Below the pieces are notes generated by a model. The model saw only the letters and a list, made by a program, of their open reading frames with translations. It made no database searches and had not been told where the DNA came from. Below are positions 11,465 through 21,611 of a stretch of DNA of 64,000 nucleotides, piece by piece. The stretch is from the NCBI GenBank assembly GCA_050253415.1, contig JBFWJC010000001.1, forward strand, positions 1,352,679-1,416,678. The letters are read 5' to 3'. Position 1 is the first letter of the stretch; each line of letters begins with the position of its first letter. The translations under genes were made by a program, and so were the position numbers. Source of the stretch: Pedobacter sp. Lineage in GTDB: Bacteria > Desulfobacterota > Desulfuromonadia > Desulfuromonadales > Syntrophotaleaceae.

Positions 11465-11605
11465 CTCCTTGCTCGGGGTATCCGCTGGCAATATTACCGG
11501 CAACAATCTCTTCCCAGTCCTCCAATACAAAATGATTGAGAACGCAATGCTTCGAGCGGGCTTTGATAAAAACGGCGAAACAGATGTACTAATAGGTTTT
11601 CTTGT
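11465..11605 (-). pseudogene. CMD/AhpD-family remnant (copy of 29208-29531)
   Basis: Fragments YICFAV...KARSK and LEDWEEIVAGNIA with an internal deletion. Confidence 0.8.
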
Positions 11606-11780
11606 TGGGTCTCGGATAATTCCATCAGCAGAAAAAGCTTCCCGTTATTCCTTGCTCGGGTATGTTCTTTGGCATTCTCTATGGCGAAATCTGAAGGAGC
11701 CTGATATGACGATTCGATTGCACGCAAATGCCACAACAACCCCGAAAATTCCAAGATTGATCTGTCTGAATTCTGGGTGA
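11603..11780 (+). mobile_element. IS481-family left-end remnant
   Basis: GAAGGAG RBS, then MTIRLHANATTTPKI (ATG 11706), a typical IS481 transposase N-terminus, truncated. Confidence 0.7.
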
Positions 11781-11802
11781 GGCTCACAATCAGCCACGCA
11801 AT

Positions 11803-11838
11803 AAAAAAACGGTTCTCCTTGCAGGGAGGGCCGTTTTT
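11803..11838. terminator. Bidirectional intrinsic terminator
   Basis: AAAAAAACGGTTCTCC TTGCAG GGAGGGCCGTTTTT. Confidence 0.7.
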
Positions 11839-11948
11839 CTACGCAGGCTTCTGTGCCGAAATTGATCGCAGTTCAGTCAGATATTGCCGCCCTGCTGCCC
11901 GATTTGAGCCAATACGCCGCATTACACTGCAAAGTTGTGAATCAAAAA

Positions 11949-13271
11949 CTACTGCAGGCATTGCAACAGCCCCATGGCCCACTGACAGGCACCGCACGGC
12001 TCGTTGTTTGAAAAACAGTCCAGCATGAAGTTTTCCTCCTGCACCAAATTGCAGGGCGCCCCCCAGCAATTAGTGCAGTAGGGATAGTCGAATGCCAGCA
12101 CGTTGCGACGAAAGGTTTTGAACTCCTCGCCGTTCCAGATTTCCAGAAGCGGCCGCTCGCCCAGATTGCCGAATTCCTTAACTTTGATCAGCCGATCCCA
12201 GTCACTGATGTAACAACGGTACTGATGCCAGAGGTAATAGCAAGGATGGACGCCGCCATACCAGGAGATAAAAGCCGAACCGCCGGTGACGAAATCGCAC
12301 TTGCGTTCGGCCAAGGGAATGATCGCCGGCAGTTTGAGTTCGATTCCCATTTCATTTGCAACCCGCTGCGCCTCTTCGTAAACATCCTCCACTTCGGTCT
12401 GCAGCTTAATGTTCCGGCTGAGTATTTGCTTGACGTCAATAAAGATCTCCCGCCTGCGGGCCTCTGGTCGCATCTGGTTGACCAGTTTGTTGACACGGGA
12501 AACCCGCGGATCATGCTGCTGCTCCCTCCTCTGAGGGGGATAGTTGTAGAGGTGGATATCCAGCCCCATATCCGCCAGACGGTCCTTCCATTCGTCGAGC
12601 TGCGCCACCGCTGCTTCGCTGGCATTGTGGTAGGTAATCTGCTTCACGGACCCCGAATCGTAGGGCAAGGCCTGTGAAACGATGCAGAAATCGGCGCCGC
12701 GCTGCGCCACCCAGCGTACTGTGTCTGGTAGCTGACGAAAATTTTCGCGCATGGTGACGAACTCAACGCCGACTTTCAGGCGACTGCCCGATTGGGTTCG
12801 ACGGGCTTCAGCCAACACCGCAAAGGCCCGCTCCATATCGCTGATGTTCTCGCCTCCCCGAACCTTGTTGAAGGTTTCTGGTTTTACCCCGTCCACCGAC
12901 AGACAGATGCGGTCAAGCCCAGCGGCCACCAACTTGCGGGCAATGACCTGATTGAGAAGCAGGCCGTTGGACTGAAAACCGATCCAGGCGTCATCGGGCA
13001 TCGCTTGGCGGGCCCTCGCAATCCATTCGAGCAGGTGCGGATGCATGAGCGGCTCTCCGATCCCGTTAAGGACTAGTGATTCTAGTTGGGGAAAGGCCGG
13101 TTCCATTGCCGAAAAGAGTTCCTGGCTGAGGTCGCCGTCGGTCACCTGACTGTCCTGTGACTGTTTGACGCACATGGGACAACGCAGATTGCAGTGGGTG
13201 GTGGTCTCGACGAACAATTTGCTTGGGCAATTCCGCAACGCCGGTTCGGTCTCTGTTCCTTCTGTGTTCAT
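11949..13271 (-). CDS. Radical SAM/SPASM protein (putative metalloenzyme maturase type)
   Basis: CNLRCPMC, GIGEPL, SPASM Cys pattern (KCDF...VHPCYYLWH...CTNC...PC...PCGACQW); start uncertain, placed at MNTEG. Confidence 0.88.
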   Translation of the reverse strand: MNTEGTETEPALRNCPSKLFVETTTHCNLRCPMCVKQSQDSQVTDGDLSQELFSAMEPAFPQLESLVLNGIGEPLMHPHLLEWIARARQAMPDDAWIGFQSNGLLLNQVIARKLVAAGLDRICLSVDGVKPETFNKVRGGENISDMERAFAVLAEARRTQSGSRLKVGVEFVTMRENFRQLPDTVRWVAQRGADFCIVSQALPYDSGSVKQITYHNASEAAVAQLDEWKDRLADMGLDIHLYNYPPQRREQQHDPRVSRVNKLVNQMRPEARRREIFIDVKQILSRNIKLQTEVEDVYEEAQRVANEMGIELKLPAIIPLAERKCDFVTGGSAFISWYGGVHPCYYLWHQYRCYISDWDRLIKVKEFGNLGERPLLEIWNGEEFKTFRRNVLAFDYPYCTNCWGAPCNLVQEENFMLDCFSNNEPCGACQWAMGLLQCLQ

Positions 13272-13297
13272 GGTGTTAAGCATATGCATATTTCCCA

Positions 13298-13307
13298 TTT
13301 GGCCAAA
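13298..13307. promoter_or_regulatory. Regulon operator, perfect palindrome TTTGGCCAAA
   Basis: ATTTGGCCAAAT just upstream of the radical SAM gene. Confidence 0.6.
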
Positions 13308-13416
13308 TTGCCAAAGACGCATAAAAAAGAAACGTTATCTGTCGATAAATTAAAAAAGGGCGCCCCCTTTTGCACTTTGGATTCCAACACCGACTTAATG
13401 CATCCATAAAAATTCA

Positions 13417-13695
13417 AATCTATCCACCAAACAAAAGCTGCGGTAAAGCAACGCCGCCATAAATGGTTTGCCGCTAAGGTACTTTTCGCCCAGCTCAAAG
13501 ATACCATCCAGCAGTCCCAATTAGGCCGAATGCCCTGGCCAATTTTCTAGGCAGTCTTCTGATTGCCCCCCCCCAGCCACTTGGCCAAGAATACCGCAGA
13601 GACGCCCTTGCTGGAGTTGATTATGAAATACATGGCCAGAAGCCAGGTCCGGAGCGGCAATTTTGTGTTATTCATGGGTGTTTTGGTCGTTACTG
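13417..13695 (-). mobile_element. Internally deleted IS1595-family remnant related to 45510-46586
   Basis: ATCTATCCACCAAACAAA end and VTTKTPM..TKLPLRTWLLAMYF.INSSKGVS segment shared with the intact copy. Confidence 0.85.
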
Positions 13696-13810
13696 ACAGA
13701 TGTCTAGAAACCGTGGAGACATCTGCACCAATCATTTTGCTCAATTTGCAAACGCAGCACTCTTGCTTTTCGAGCTCTTCGGCAATAAACAAGCGCGCCT
13801 GATGGGCCAT
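13696..13810 (-). pseudogene. ArsR/SmtB-family HTH fragment
   Basis: AHQARLFIAEELEKQECCVCKLSKMIGADVSTVSRHLSV fused to the IS remnant. Confidence 0.75.
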
Positions 13811-13992
13811 GGCCTAGAACAAACGGCGTGAGCCTCATGACGGTTTCTTTTACTTTGTTCCATATATTTGGTAATATAGATAAAAAACCGGAGCTGGTCA
13901 ATCACATTTGAATTATGGATATTCCGGTTTATCTCTTGCCTATAACTAAAGCCCCTTTACATGAGGGGTAAAACGATTTTCAAGGAGAAGTT

Positions 13993-15180
13993 ATGCAAGT
14001 CCCTTCAAGCGAATTGAAACAGCGAATGCATCGTTTCCGCCTGCGAATGGACCGCTCCGATCCCGATTGGAAGGCCGCTGTCATTTTTGGCAAGGTCAAC
14101 CAGTATTATTTCACGGGCACCATGCAGGACGGACTGTTGTGGATTCCGCGGGACGGCGAGGCGGTCTACTGGGTGCGCAAGAGTATCGAGCGGGCCCAGG
14201 ACGAATCGTTGTTCTCCCGTATCGAGCCTATGAACAGCTTTCGCGACGTGGCGGCGACAATCGATGTTCTGCCAGACAATCTACATCTCGAGTGCGAACT
14301 GGTTTCTCTGGGCCTGTTGCGGCGCTTTCAGAAGTACTTTCCGGCCAATGACATTCGGCCGGCCGATGGCGCCCTAGCGGCCGTCCGGGCAGTCAAAAGC
14401 CCCTATGAGTTGGACCTTATGCAGCGTGCTGGCGAGGTGCACCGGCGCATCCTTGAGGAGCGGGTCCCGACCCTGCTCGAAGAAGGTATGAGTGAAGTGG
14501 ATCTGGCGGGGCGGCTTTACCCGGTGATGATCGAAGAGGGGCATCACGGCGTGGCGCGGTTTGCCATGTTTCAGGCGGAGGTGGCCTTGGGGCATATCTG
14601 CTTCGGCGAAAGTTCTCTTTACCCAAGCTCCTTCGACGGTCCGGGCGGCAATTACGGCCTGCATCCGGCGGTGCCGATTCTCGGCAGCCGTCAGCACAGG
14701 CTGGCCAAGGGCGACCTGGTGTTCATCGATATCGCCTGCGGTTTGGACGGTTATCATACGGACAAAACCCAGACCTATCTGTTTGCAGGGACACTCGATG
14801 CCGCGGCGACGGCTGTGCATCGCCAGTGCGTGGCGATTCAGGATCAAATCGCCGAAAGGCTCCGGCCGGGCGCCATCCCTACCCAGATATACCAAGAAAT
14901 CATGACCTCGCTAGACGACGAGTTCCTGGTGAATTTCATGGGCTACGGTTCCCGTCCGGCGCGGTTCCTCGGCCACGGCATCGGTCTGCAGGTGGACGAA
15001 TCGCCGGTTATCGCCAAAGGATTTGACGAGCCCCTTGAAGAGGGCATGGTGCTGGCCTTGGAGCCGAAAAAGGGTATTGAAGGGGTCGGACTGGTCGGCA
15101 TCGAAAACACCTTCATCGTCACCGCCGAAGGGGGGCGATGCATTACTGGTGCCCATCCGGGACTGATGCCAGTATATTGA
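13993..15180 (+). CDS. M24 (Xaa-Pro) peptidase family protein
   Basis: RAVKSPYE, FIDIACGLDGYHTDKT, FLGHGIGLQVDE, ALEPK, VGIENT; AAGGAG RBS. Confidence 0.92.
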   Translation: MQVPSSELKQRMHRFRLRMDRSDPDWKAAVIFGKVNQYYFTGTMQDGLLWIPRDGEAVYWVRKSIERAQDESLFSRIEPMNSFRDVAATIDVLPDNLHLECELVSLGLLRRFQKYFPANDIRPADGALAAVRAVKSPYELDLMQRAGEVHRRILEERVPTLLEEGMSEVDLAGRLYPVMIEEGHHGVARFAMFQAEVALGHICFGESSLYPSSFDGPGGNYGLHPAVPILGSRQHRLAKGDLVFIDIACGLDGYHTDKTQTYLFAGTLDAAATAVHRQCVAIQDQIAERLRPGAIPTQIYQEIMTSLDDEFLVNFMGYGSRPARFLGHGIGLQVDESPVIAKGFDEPLEEGMVLALEPKKGIEGVGLVGIENTFIVTAEGGRCITGAHPGLMPVY

Positions 15181-15303
15181 AACTTAGTAGTAAGTATTTG
15201 TTTTTTAAACGAATCTATTCACGAAAAAAGTGATCCGATGATAAGTCCAGACAATCATGGCTGAAAATCCGATCCGACAAGGAACGGCGGGGAATGACAG
15301 GCA

Positions 15304-15570
15304 TTAGATTTTAGGTTCCGCATGATCCCTGACCTGTTTATGGAAAAGTTTTAGTTTCTTTTTCTGCCAATTATTCAGGGTCTCTCCGGGAGTTCTATGC
15401 CCCAACGTTCGCTGAGGAATGTGGTGGCTGTATAGATACCCATAACGCAACAATGTCTGTTTTAAATTTTCGGCGGAATCGAACCGGGTTGTTGACAAAA
15501 CCTCGCTGATGCGGCCATTGAATTGCTCCACCATGCAGTTGGACTGAGGGTGGTCTGGCGGGATGAGGTA
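15304..15570 (-). mobile_element. IS481-family transposase C-terminal remnant
   Basis: VEQFNGRISEVL..TRFDSAENLKQTLLRY..LYSHHIPQRTLGHRTP. Confidence 0.75.
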
Positions 15571-15666
15571 GGCTGGAAAAATTGGACACCAATCTGATAG
15601 CCTACCTCAGACTGAAATGCCCCTGATTTTCTCGACACTTTTGGCATATGGTTAGAATTAGAAGGC

Positions 15667-16733
15667 GGATTCAACTAGCAAATGCAACGGAGTCCTGACT
15701 GAAGAATACCTCGCTTGGGGTTCGATAACCAAGGCACTTTCTTGGTCGATTATTCAGCCGCTCCATCGCAAACTGAATCTCTTCGTCAGTGACCGTTCTC
15801 AAGTCACGGTCCTTGGGAAAATACTGGCGAATCAGGCCGTTCATGTTTTCGTTGGTCCCGCGCTCCCATGATGCGTAGGGGCGGGCAAAGTAAAAATCGG
15901 CTTTTAGGGCCTGTGCAATATCTTTATGTTGAGCAAACTCCTTGCCGTTGTCCGAGGTCAGCGTATGAACTCGATCGGCATGGGGACTGAGTAATCGAAT
16001 GATCGTTGTTGCCACCTGGGAGGCGGTTTTCTGTTCCACTTTGGCAATGAGGGACAGGCGAGCTTTGCGGTCCGTCAGAGAAACAATGGCTTGTTTGTGC
16101 CCCTTGCCAATAACCGTATCGAGTTCGCAATCGCCCAGGCGAGAACGGTCTTCTACAATGGCAGGCCGGGTTTCGATGCATTGCCGATCCGGTAGCTGAC
16201 CACGACGATCTCTGGCGCCATAACGTTTCTTACGTTGTTTTTGACAACGACGATGCTTGTACAGGTCGCCTCCATTACCTTTATCCGCCAGAACGTATTG
16301 GTAGATTCGTTTATGGCTCACCGAGGGGCGACCGGTTCTGCACAACCAACCGGAGATCTGCTCGGGGCTCCAGTCGAGTTGAAGATAACTTTCGATCAAG
16401 GACCAGGTTTCAGCCGTGATTCGCTTGCGAGGCTTTTCTCGGTATCTTTTCTGGGTCAGTTGATGGGCCTGCTTGGGGCGATAGCACCGTTGCCCGCAGT
16501 TGCGCTTGAGTTCACGGCTAATCGTTGCCTTGTGTACTCCGAGCACTTCGGCAATTTTGGTTTGCGAATGTCCTGCTTTCTTGAGAGCGTAAATCTGGTA
16601 TCTTTGCTCTCGGGCAAGCTGTGTGTAGCGTCTCATCTGTGCTCCTTTGACCGGCCAGTCTAAGTGGCACAGATGCTACCGCAGCTTGCTCATTTAAACC
16701 AACCGTGCAAAGTTGCACTTACGAATTGAATCT
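15667..16733 (-). mobile_element. IS30-family element, copy 1 (transposase 16636-15671)
   Basis: HKATISRELKRN, WSPEQI, TLTSDNGKEFA, SWERGTNENMNGLIRQYFPK, LNNRPRKCLGY; IRs GGATTCAACTAGCAAATGCAAC / AGATTCAATTCGTAAGTGCAAC. Confidence 0.96.
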
Positions 16734-16830
16734 AGGTAAGGATAATCAAGGCTTTCCAGTTTTGCCGTAATTGCGAGGTTTAGATCTTCCAAAAAAGATT
16801 AAAGTCTATAAAATCAGTTACCTAGAAATA

Positions 16831-16886
16831 AATAGCCAAACAATATAAAAATTATCTTGCAATAAAAAAAAGACTCGTATAAAACT
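16831..16886 (+). promoter_or_regulatory. Operator AATAGCCAAA plus sigma70-like promoter of aor
   Basis: Operator 16 nt before TTGCAA, followed by TATAAAAC in the -10 region. Confidence 0.7.
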
Positions 16887-16950
16887 CTTAGCAAGGACGC
16901 CCTTTGTCCTGCTTTTGTTCCCCCCCCCAAGCATAGAATTACAGTCTGCT

Positions 16951-17047
16951 GTCTCCGAGCCTGACAACCTAAAAGGATAACCCTCAAGGAAGTCAGGCCA
17001 GCAGGGTTTCGTTGGAAACGGCGGAGCCTCCCCTTCGGAAAGGAGAT
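16951..17047 (+). ncRNA. Moco/Wco (molybdenum/tungsten cofactor) riboswitch-like RNA, P3-less form
   Basis: TCTCCGAGC start pairing with GAAAGGAGA end; CCTGAC/GTCAGG stem; GGTTTCGTT-GGAAAC-GGCGGAGCCTCCC motif; directly upstream of aor. Confidence 0.85.
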
Positions 17048-17090
17048 TCGTTGACTACGCGTAACCTCATCGGAGGAAGGGAGAAAATAC

Positions 17091-18977
17091 ATGTTAGGTG
17101 GGTATTGGCAGAAAATCGCTGTAATCGATTTGACCACGGAAAAGGTGGATTACATCAAGCCCAGTGAAGACGATCTTAAAAAATTCATAGGCGGGAGCGG
17201 CTTGGGTGCCAAGCTTCTGTATGAAAACACTAAGCCAGGCATTGACCCTCTGGGCCCGGAAAATGTCCTGATCTGCATGACTGGTCCTTATGTTGGGACC
17301 AAGGTAGCTCAATCGGGTCGTTGGGAACTGATCACAAAGGGGCCCCTGACCGGGGTTTACCTTGAGGCTGACTGCGGTGGTAAATGGGGTGCAACCCTCA
17401 AGTCCTGCGGCCTTGACGGCCTGATGGTTAAGGGCAAGGCCAAACAGCCGGTTTATATCACCATCGAAGACGACAAGATCGAGATTAAAAAAGCCGACCA
17501 TCTGTGGGGTAAAGGTACCTTTGAAACCGACGAAATTCTCAAAGAGGAGTTGGGCAGAGGTTCTCAGGCAATCTCTATCGGTCAGGCCGGAGAAAAATTG
17601 GTTAAATTTGCTTCAATCATGACTGATGGTCGCGAAGGCCGTGCGGCAGGCCGTGGTGGTGGCGGTGCTGTTATGGGCTCGAAAAATCTTAAAGCGATTG
17701 CCTGTAAAGGCACCAAGAAAGTCGCCATCGCCAGACCGGAACCCTATGAAGAACTGGTCAAGGATATCCGCGCCAAGACACTGGAGGTTCATGACGGACC
17801 GCTTGGCGAATATGGCACCTCCTGCGCTGTACAGATCTTCAATGATTGCGGCGATCTGCCGATCAAAAACTGGCTGTGGGGTAGCTGGGACAAGGCCAGC
17901 AAGGTTTCCGGCCAGGAGTTGGCCAAAACCGTCCTCAAAAAACGCTACCATTGCGGCGGATGTTTGATCGGGTGTGGCCGTACCGTAGAGATCCCCGCGG
18001 GGGCATTCCAAATGAAGGAGGGTGGCGGTCCCGAGTACGAAACCCTTGGCTTGCTTGGCTCCAACTGCCTGGTTGACGATGTTGAAGCTATCTGCAAGGG
18101 TAACGAATTGTGCAACGATTACGGCGTTGACACCATCGAAGCCGCCGGGATCATCTCCTTCCTTATGGAGGCCTGGGAACATGGCATGATCGACAAGGAC
18201 GATACCGACGGTCTGGAGATGACCTGGGGTAACGGCCTCGCCATGTGCGAGATGCTAAAGAAACTCTGTTTGCGCGAAGGTATCGGCGAGCCTTGCTCCC
18301 AGGGCATCTTGGAAGCTGTCAAGCGCGTCGGTCCGGCCAGCGAAGAATTTGCCATTCATACCAAGGGGATGCTTTTCCCCGCCCATGACCCCCGTGGTCG
18401 CGGCGGTCTAGGGGTTGCTTACGCAACTTCCAACCGCGGTGCCTGTCATATGCAGGCCTACAATCAGGACTTTGAGGGCGAAGGTTGCTTCAATATCGCC
18501 GACCTGGGCTACGATGCGCCGATGCCCCCCTACACCAACGAAGGCAAAGGCAAGTTCGTCGCTGACCAGCAGCATTTCATGAGTATGATGGATTCGCTGA
18601 AACTCTGCAAATTCTCCGTCTTCGGCGGCATGACCGTCGGTCCCATGACCCAGTTCCTCAACCACATCACTGGTTGGGATTTCACCAACGAACAGTGGAT
18701 CGAATGCGGCGAGCGGATTTTCAACCTGAAACGTCTGTTCAATACCCGCGAAGGCATCAGCCGTAAAGACGATACCCTGCCGGCTCGTATCCTCTCCAGC
18801 CCTCGCCAGGGTGGTTCTGGCGACTATGTGCCTGACTTGGGCTTTATGTTGCGCGACTACTATCGCGCTCGCGGCTGGGACGAGTGGGGTATCCCCACGC
18901 CGGAAACCCTTGAGCGACTCGGCCTGGATGGCTATGAGTACCGTAAGGGCAAGCGCACGACGGAAAACCAGCGGTAA
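17091..18977 (+). CDS. aor: Tungsten-dependent aldehyde:ferredoxin oxidoreductase
   Basis: IGGSGLGAK, KGPLTG, GRGGGGAVMGSKNLKA, CGGCLIGCG, GPEYET, DYGVDT, SNRGACH, DDTLPAR, YYRARGWD. Confidence 0.96.
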   Translation: MLGGYWQKIAVIDLTTEKVDYIKPSEDDLKKFIGGSGLGAKLLYENTKPGIDPLGPENVLICMTGPYVGTKVAQSGRWELITKGPLTGVYLEADCGGKWGATLKSCGLDGLMVKGKAKQPVYITIEDDKIEIKKADHLWGKGTFETDEILKEELGRGSQAISIGQAGEKLVKFASIMTDGREGRAAGRGGGGAVMGSKNLKAIACKGTKKVAIARPEPYEELVKDIRAKTLEVHDGPLGEYGTSCAVQIFNDCGDLPIKNWLWGSWDKASKVSGQELAKTVLKKRYHCGGCLIGCGRTVEIPAGAFQMKEGGGPEYETLGLLGSNCLVDDVEAICKGNELCNDYGVDTIEAAGIISFLMEAWEHGMIDKDDTDGLEMTWGNGLAMCEMLKKLCLREGIGEPCSQGILEAVKRVGPASEEFAIHTKGMLFPAHDPRGRGGLGVAYATSNRGACHMQAYNQDFEGEGCFNIADLGYDAPMPPYTNEGKGKFVADQQHFMSMMDSLKLCKFSVFGGMTVGPMTQFLNHITGWDFTNEQWIECGERIFNLKRLFNTREGISRKDDTLPARILSSPRQGGSGDYVPDLGFMLRDYYRARGWDEWGIPTPETLERLGLDGYEYRKGKRTTENQR

Positions 18978-19101
18978 TTAAAACTGCCAGGAGAAATCTG
19001 GCTGACAGGAGTAAGGGCCGGTTCGTCTTGTCTCATCAAGTGATGCTGCGAACCGGCCTCTGGTGCACGTCCGGATTTCATTGTATTCAAGGGAGATATA
19101 C

Positions 19102-19305
19102 ATGTCGATGGTGGTATTAAAAACCGACAGAATTCCCGATGGTGAGACGGTTACGCTATTGGCCTTGCTGCGCTTAAATGATCTCAGTCCTGCTACTGTC
19201 ATGGTTCGGGTGGAAGGCAAGGTTATCCAAAAACAGGATTTTGATAACCTTGCAATTTCCAGAGGGACAATTGTTAAAGCCTATCCGTTTGTTGGCGGGG
19301 GGTAA
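19102..19305 (+). CDS. ThiS/MoaD-family sulfur carrier
   Basis: 67 aa ending FVGGG; GGGAG RBS; follows aor. Confidence 0.85.
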   Translation: MSMVVLKTDRIPDGETVTLLALLRLNDLSPATVMVRVEGKVIQKQDFDNLAISRGTIVKAYPFVGGG

Positions 19306-19612
19306 GTGCTCAAGGCGAGCAGCATGCCGATAACCAACGGCAGCGAAAACTATTGATCGATGCCATTGGGAGGATGACAAGGCAACTTGGAACTTCCAAG
19401 CAGCCCTCACCCCTGCATGGTGGGGGCTGTACGGTCCCTTCAGCCAGTGGCAACGGTTGGCGTGTGGGATTTCACATCTTTAAAGAGCAAGGGGAGGATT
19501 TCCGCGAGATTTCATGCCCCCTTGTCTCCTTGGCGGAGGCACGACCCAATGCGTGTCTTCGCCATTTTTTATAAAGCCCTTTTTTGCACAAAGGGTTGTA
19601 GAATTCGAAGGC

Positions 19613-20679
19613 GGATTCAACTAGCAAGTGCAACGGAATCCTGAATGAAGAATACCTCGTTCGGGGTTCGATAACCAAGGCACTTTCTTGGTCGATTATT
19701 CAGCCGCTCCATCGCAAACTGAATCTCTTCGTCAGTGACCGTTCTCAAGTCACGGTCCTTGGGAAAATACTGGCGAATCAGGCCGTTCATGTTTTCGTTG
19801 GTCCCGCGCTCCCATGATGCGTAGGGGCGGGCAAAGTAAAAATCGGCTTTTAGGGCCTGTGCAATATCTTTATGTTGAGCAAACTCCTTGCCGTTGTCCG
19901 AGGTCAGCGTATGAACTCGATCGGCATGGGGACTGAGTAATCGAATGATCGTTGTTGCCACCTGGGAGGCGGTTTTCTGTTCCACTTTGGCAATGAGGGA
20001 CAGGCGAGCTTTGCGGTCCGTCAGAGAAACAATGGCTTGTTTGTGCCCCTTGCCAATAACCGTATCGAGTTCGCAATCGCCCAGGCGAGAACGGTCTTCT
20101 ACAATGGCAGGCCGGGTTTCGATGCATTGCCGATCCGGTAGCTGACCACGACGATCTCTGGCGCCATAACGTTTCTTACGTTGTTTTTGACAACGACGAT
20201 GCTTGTACAGGTCGCCTCCATTACCTTTATCCGCCAGAACGTATTGGTAGATTCGTTTATGGCTCACCGAGGGGCGACCGGTTCTGCACAACCAACCGGA
20301 GATCTGCTCGGGGCTCCAGTCGAGTTGAAGATAACTTTCGATCAAGGACCAGGTTTCAGCCGTGATTCGCTTGCGAGGCTTTTCTCGGTATCTTTTCTGG
20401 GTCAGTTGATGGGCCTGCTTGGGGCGATAGCACCGTTGCCCGCAGTTGCGCTTGAGTTCACGGCTAATCGTTGCCTTGTGTACTCCGAGCACTTCGGCAA
20501 TTTTGGTTTGCGAATGTCCTGCTTTCTTGAGAGCGTAAATCTGGTATCTTTGCTCTCGGGCAAGCTGCGTGTAGCGTCTCATCTGTGCTCCTTTGACCGG
20601 CCAGTCTAAGTGGCACAGATGCTACCGCAGCTTGCTCATTTAAACCAACCGTGCAAAGTTGCACTTACGAATTGAATCT
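19613..20679 (-). mobile_element. IS30-family element, copy 2 (transposase 20582-19617)
   Basis: Nearly identical to copy 1, same orientation; protein differs only near the C-terminus. Confidence 0.96.
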
Positions 20680-20710
20680 GGAGAAAGTAAAAGAAGATTC
20701 AACTTAAATT

Positions 20711-20764
20711 AATAGCCAAATATTTCAAATATTATTTGACTTGGTTTTTGTTCTGGTATACGCT
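20711..20764 (+). promoter_or_regulatory. Operator plus sigma70 promoter of thiF
   Basis: AATAGCCAAA-15 nt-TTGACT-17 nt-TACGCT. Confidence 0.75.
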
Positions 20765-20987
20765 GTTAACAACAACGGGGGAATGCAATCTTCCCTAATT
20801 CAAACCTCCACCATGGCCCGGGGATGGGCTATGGTGGAGGAATGATTAGGCTCGGTATGCAGCCTTTCGTGTTTGTGCGTAGGATCTGGGTGTTGGTTAA
20901 CAAAAATCTTGTCGCCACTTCTTAGCCCCTGGTCTGGAGGCTAGCCCGAGTCATTAAGGCGCGACCATTAAGAATGAGTCTACAGAA

Positions 20988-21611
20988 ATGGAAACTCTGG
21001 AAAAAAAATTTTTCTCGAGGCATGTGCTGGCGGTTGTCCCCATTTTGAAAAAGGCCAAAATAGGGATTGCCGGAGCGGGTGGCCTGGGTTCGAATGTTGC
21101 GGTAGCCTTGGCGCGTTCCGGGGTTGGAAAGCTCGTTATCGCGGACTTCGACCGTGTGGAACCACATAATCTTAATCGCCAGCAATATTTCGTCGACCAG
21201 ATAGGAATGTTCAAGGTCACCGCATTGAAGGAAAACCTCGAACGCATCAACCCTTTTTCGGAATACGAAGTTCATAGGGTTTTTCTTAATGGGGAAAACA
21301 TACCGTCCATACTTGGCGATGTCGATATCATGGTTGAGGCATTCGACAGTGTAGAGTCAAAACTGGAACTCTTGGAGAGTTGGACCGAGAAATTTCCGGG
21401 AAAGCCGGTTGTGATGGGTAGCGGCATGGGGGGCTATGGCAATAATAACGAGCTCTCAACCAAAAGGCTTTTTGAAAACGTATATGTCTGTGGCGATGGT
21501 AAAACCGATGTGGCTATTCATCCTCCCATAGCACCGAGGGTCGCCATTGTAGCTGCCATGCAGGCCAATCTGGTGCTTGAAATTCTTCTCAATAACAAGG
21601 TCGTATTATAA
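20988..21611 (+). CDS. thiF: Sulfur-carrier adenylyltransferase (ThiF/MoeB family)
   Basis: IAGAGGLGSN, DFDRVEPHNLNRQ, VEAFD, YVCGDG, PRVAIVAAMQAN. Confidence 0.92.
   Translation: METLEKKFFSRHVLAVVPILKKAKIGIAGAGGLGSNVAVALARSGVGKLVIADFDRVEPHNLNRQQYFVDQIGMFKVTALKENLERINPFSEYEVHRVFLNGENIPSILGDVDIMVEAFDSVESKLELLESWTEKFPGKPVVMGSGMGGYGNNNELSTKRLFENVYVCGDGKTDVAIHPPIAPRVAIVAAMQANLVLEILLNNKVVL

Noticed and set aside
10908..11780. 290-aa plus-strand ORF
   Set aside because: Chimeric read-through antisense to pseudogenes and a promoter; only the last 24 codons (IS481 N-terminus) are meaningful
16831..16840. Reading the operator's reverse strand (TTGGCT...) as sigma54 -24/-12 promoters
   Set aside because: GG-N10-GC spacing fails at the sites checked (16831, 21826, 29726)
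19015..19058. Hairpin GGCCGGTTCG...CGAACCGGCC before thiS as a TPP riboswitch
   Set aside because: Lacks the CTGAGA and other TPP core motifs; more likely a stability or partial-termination hairpin
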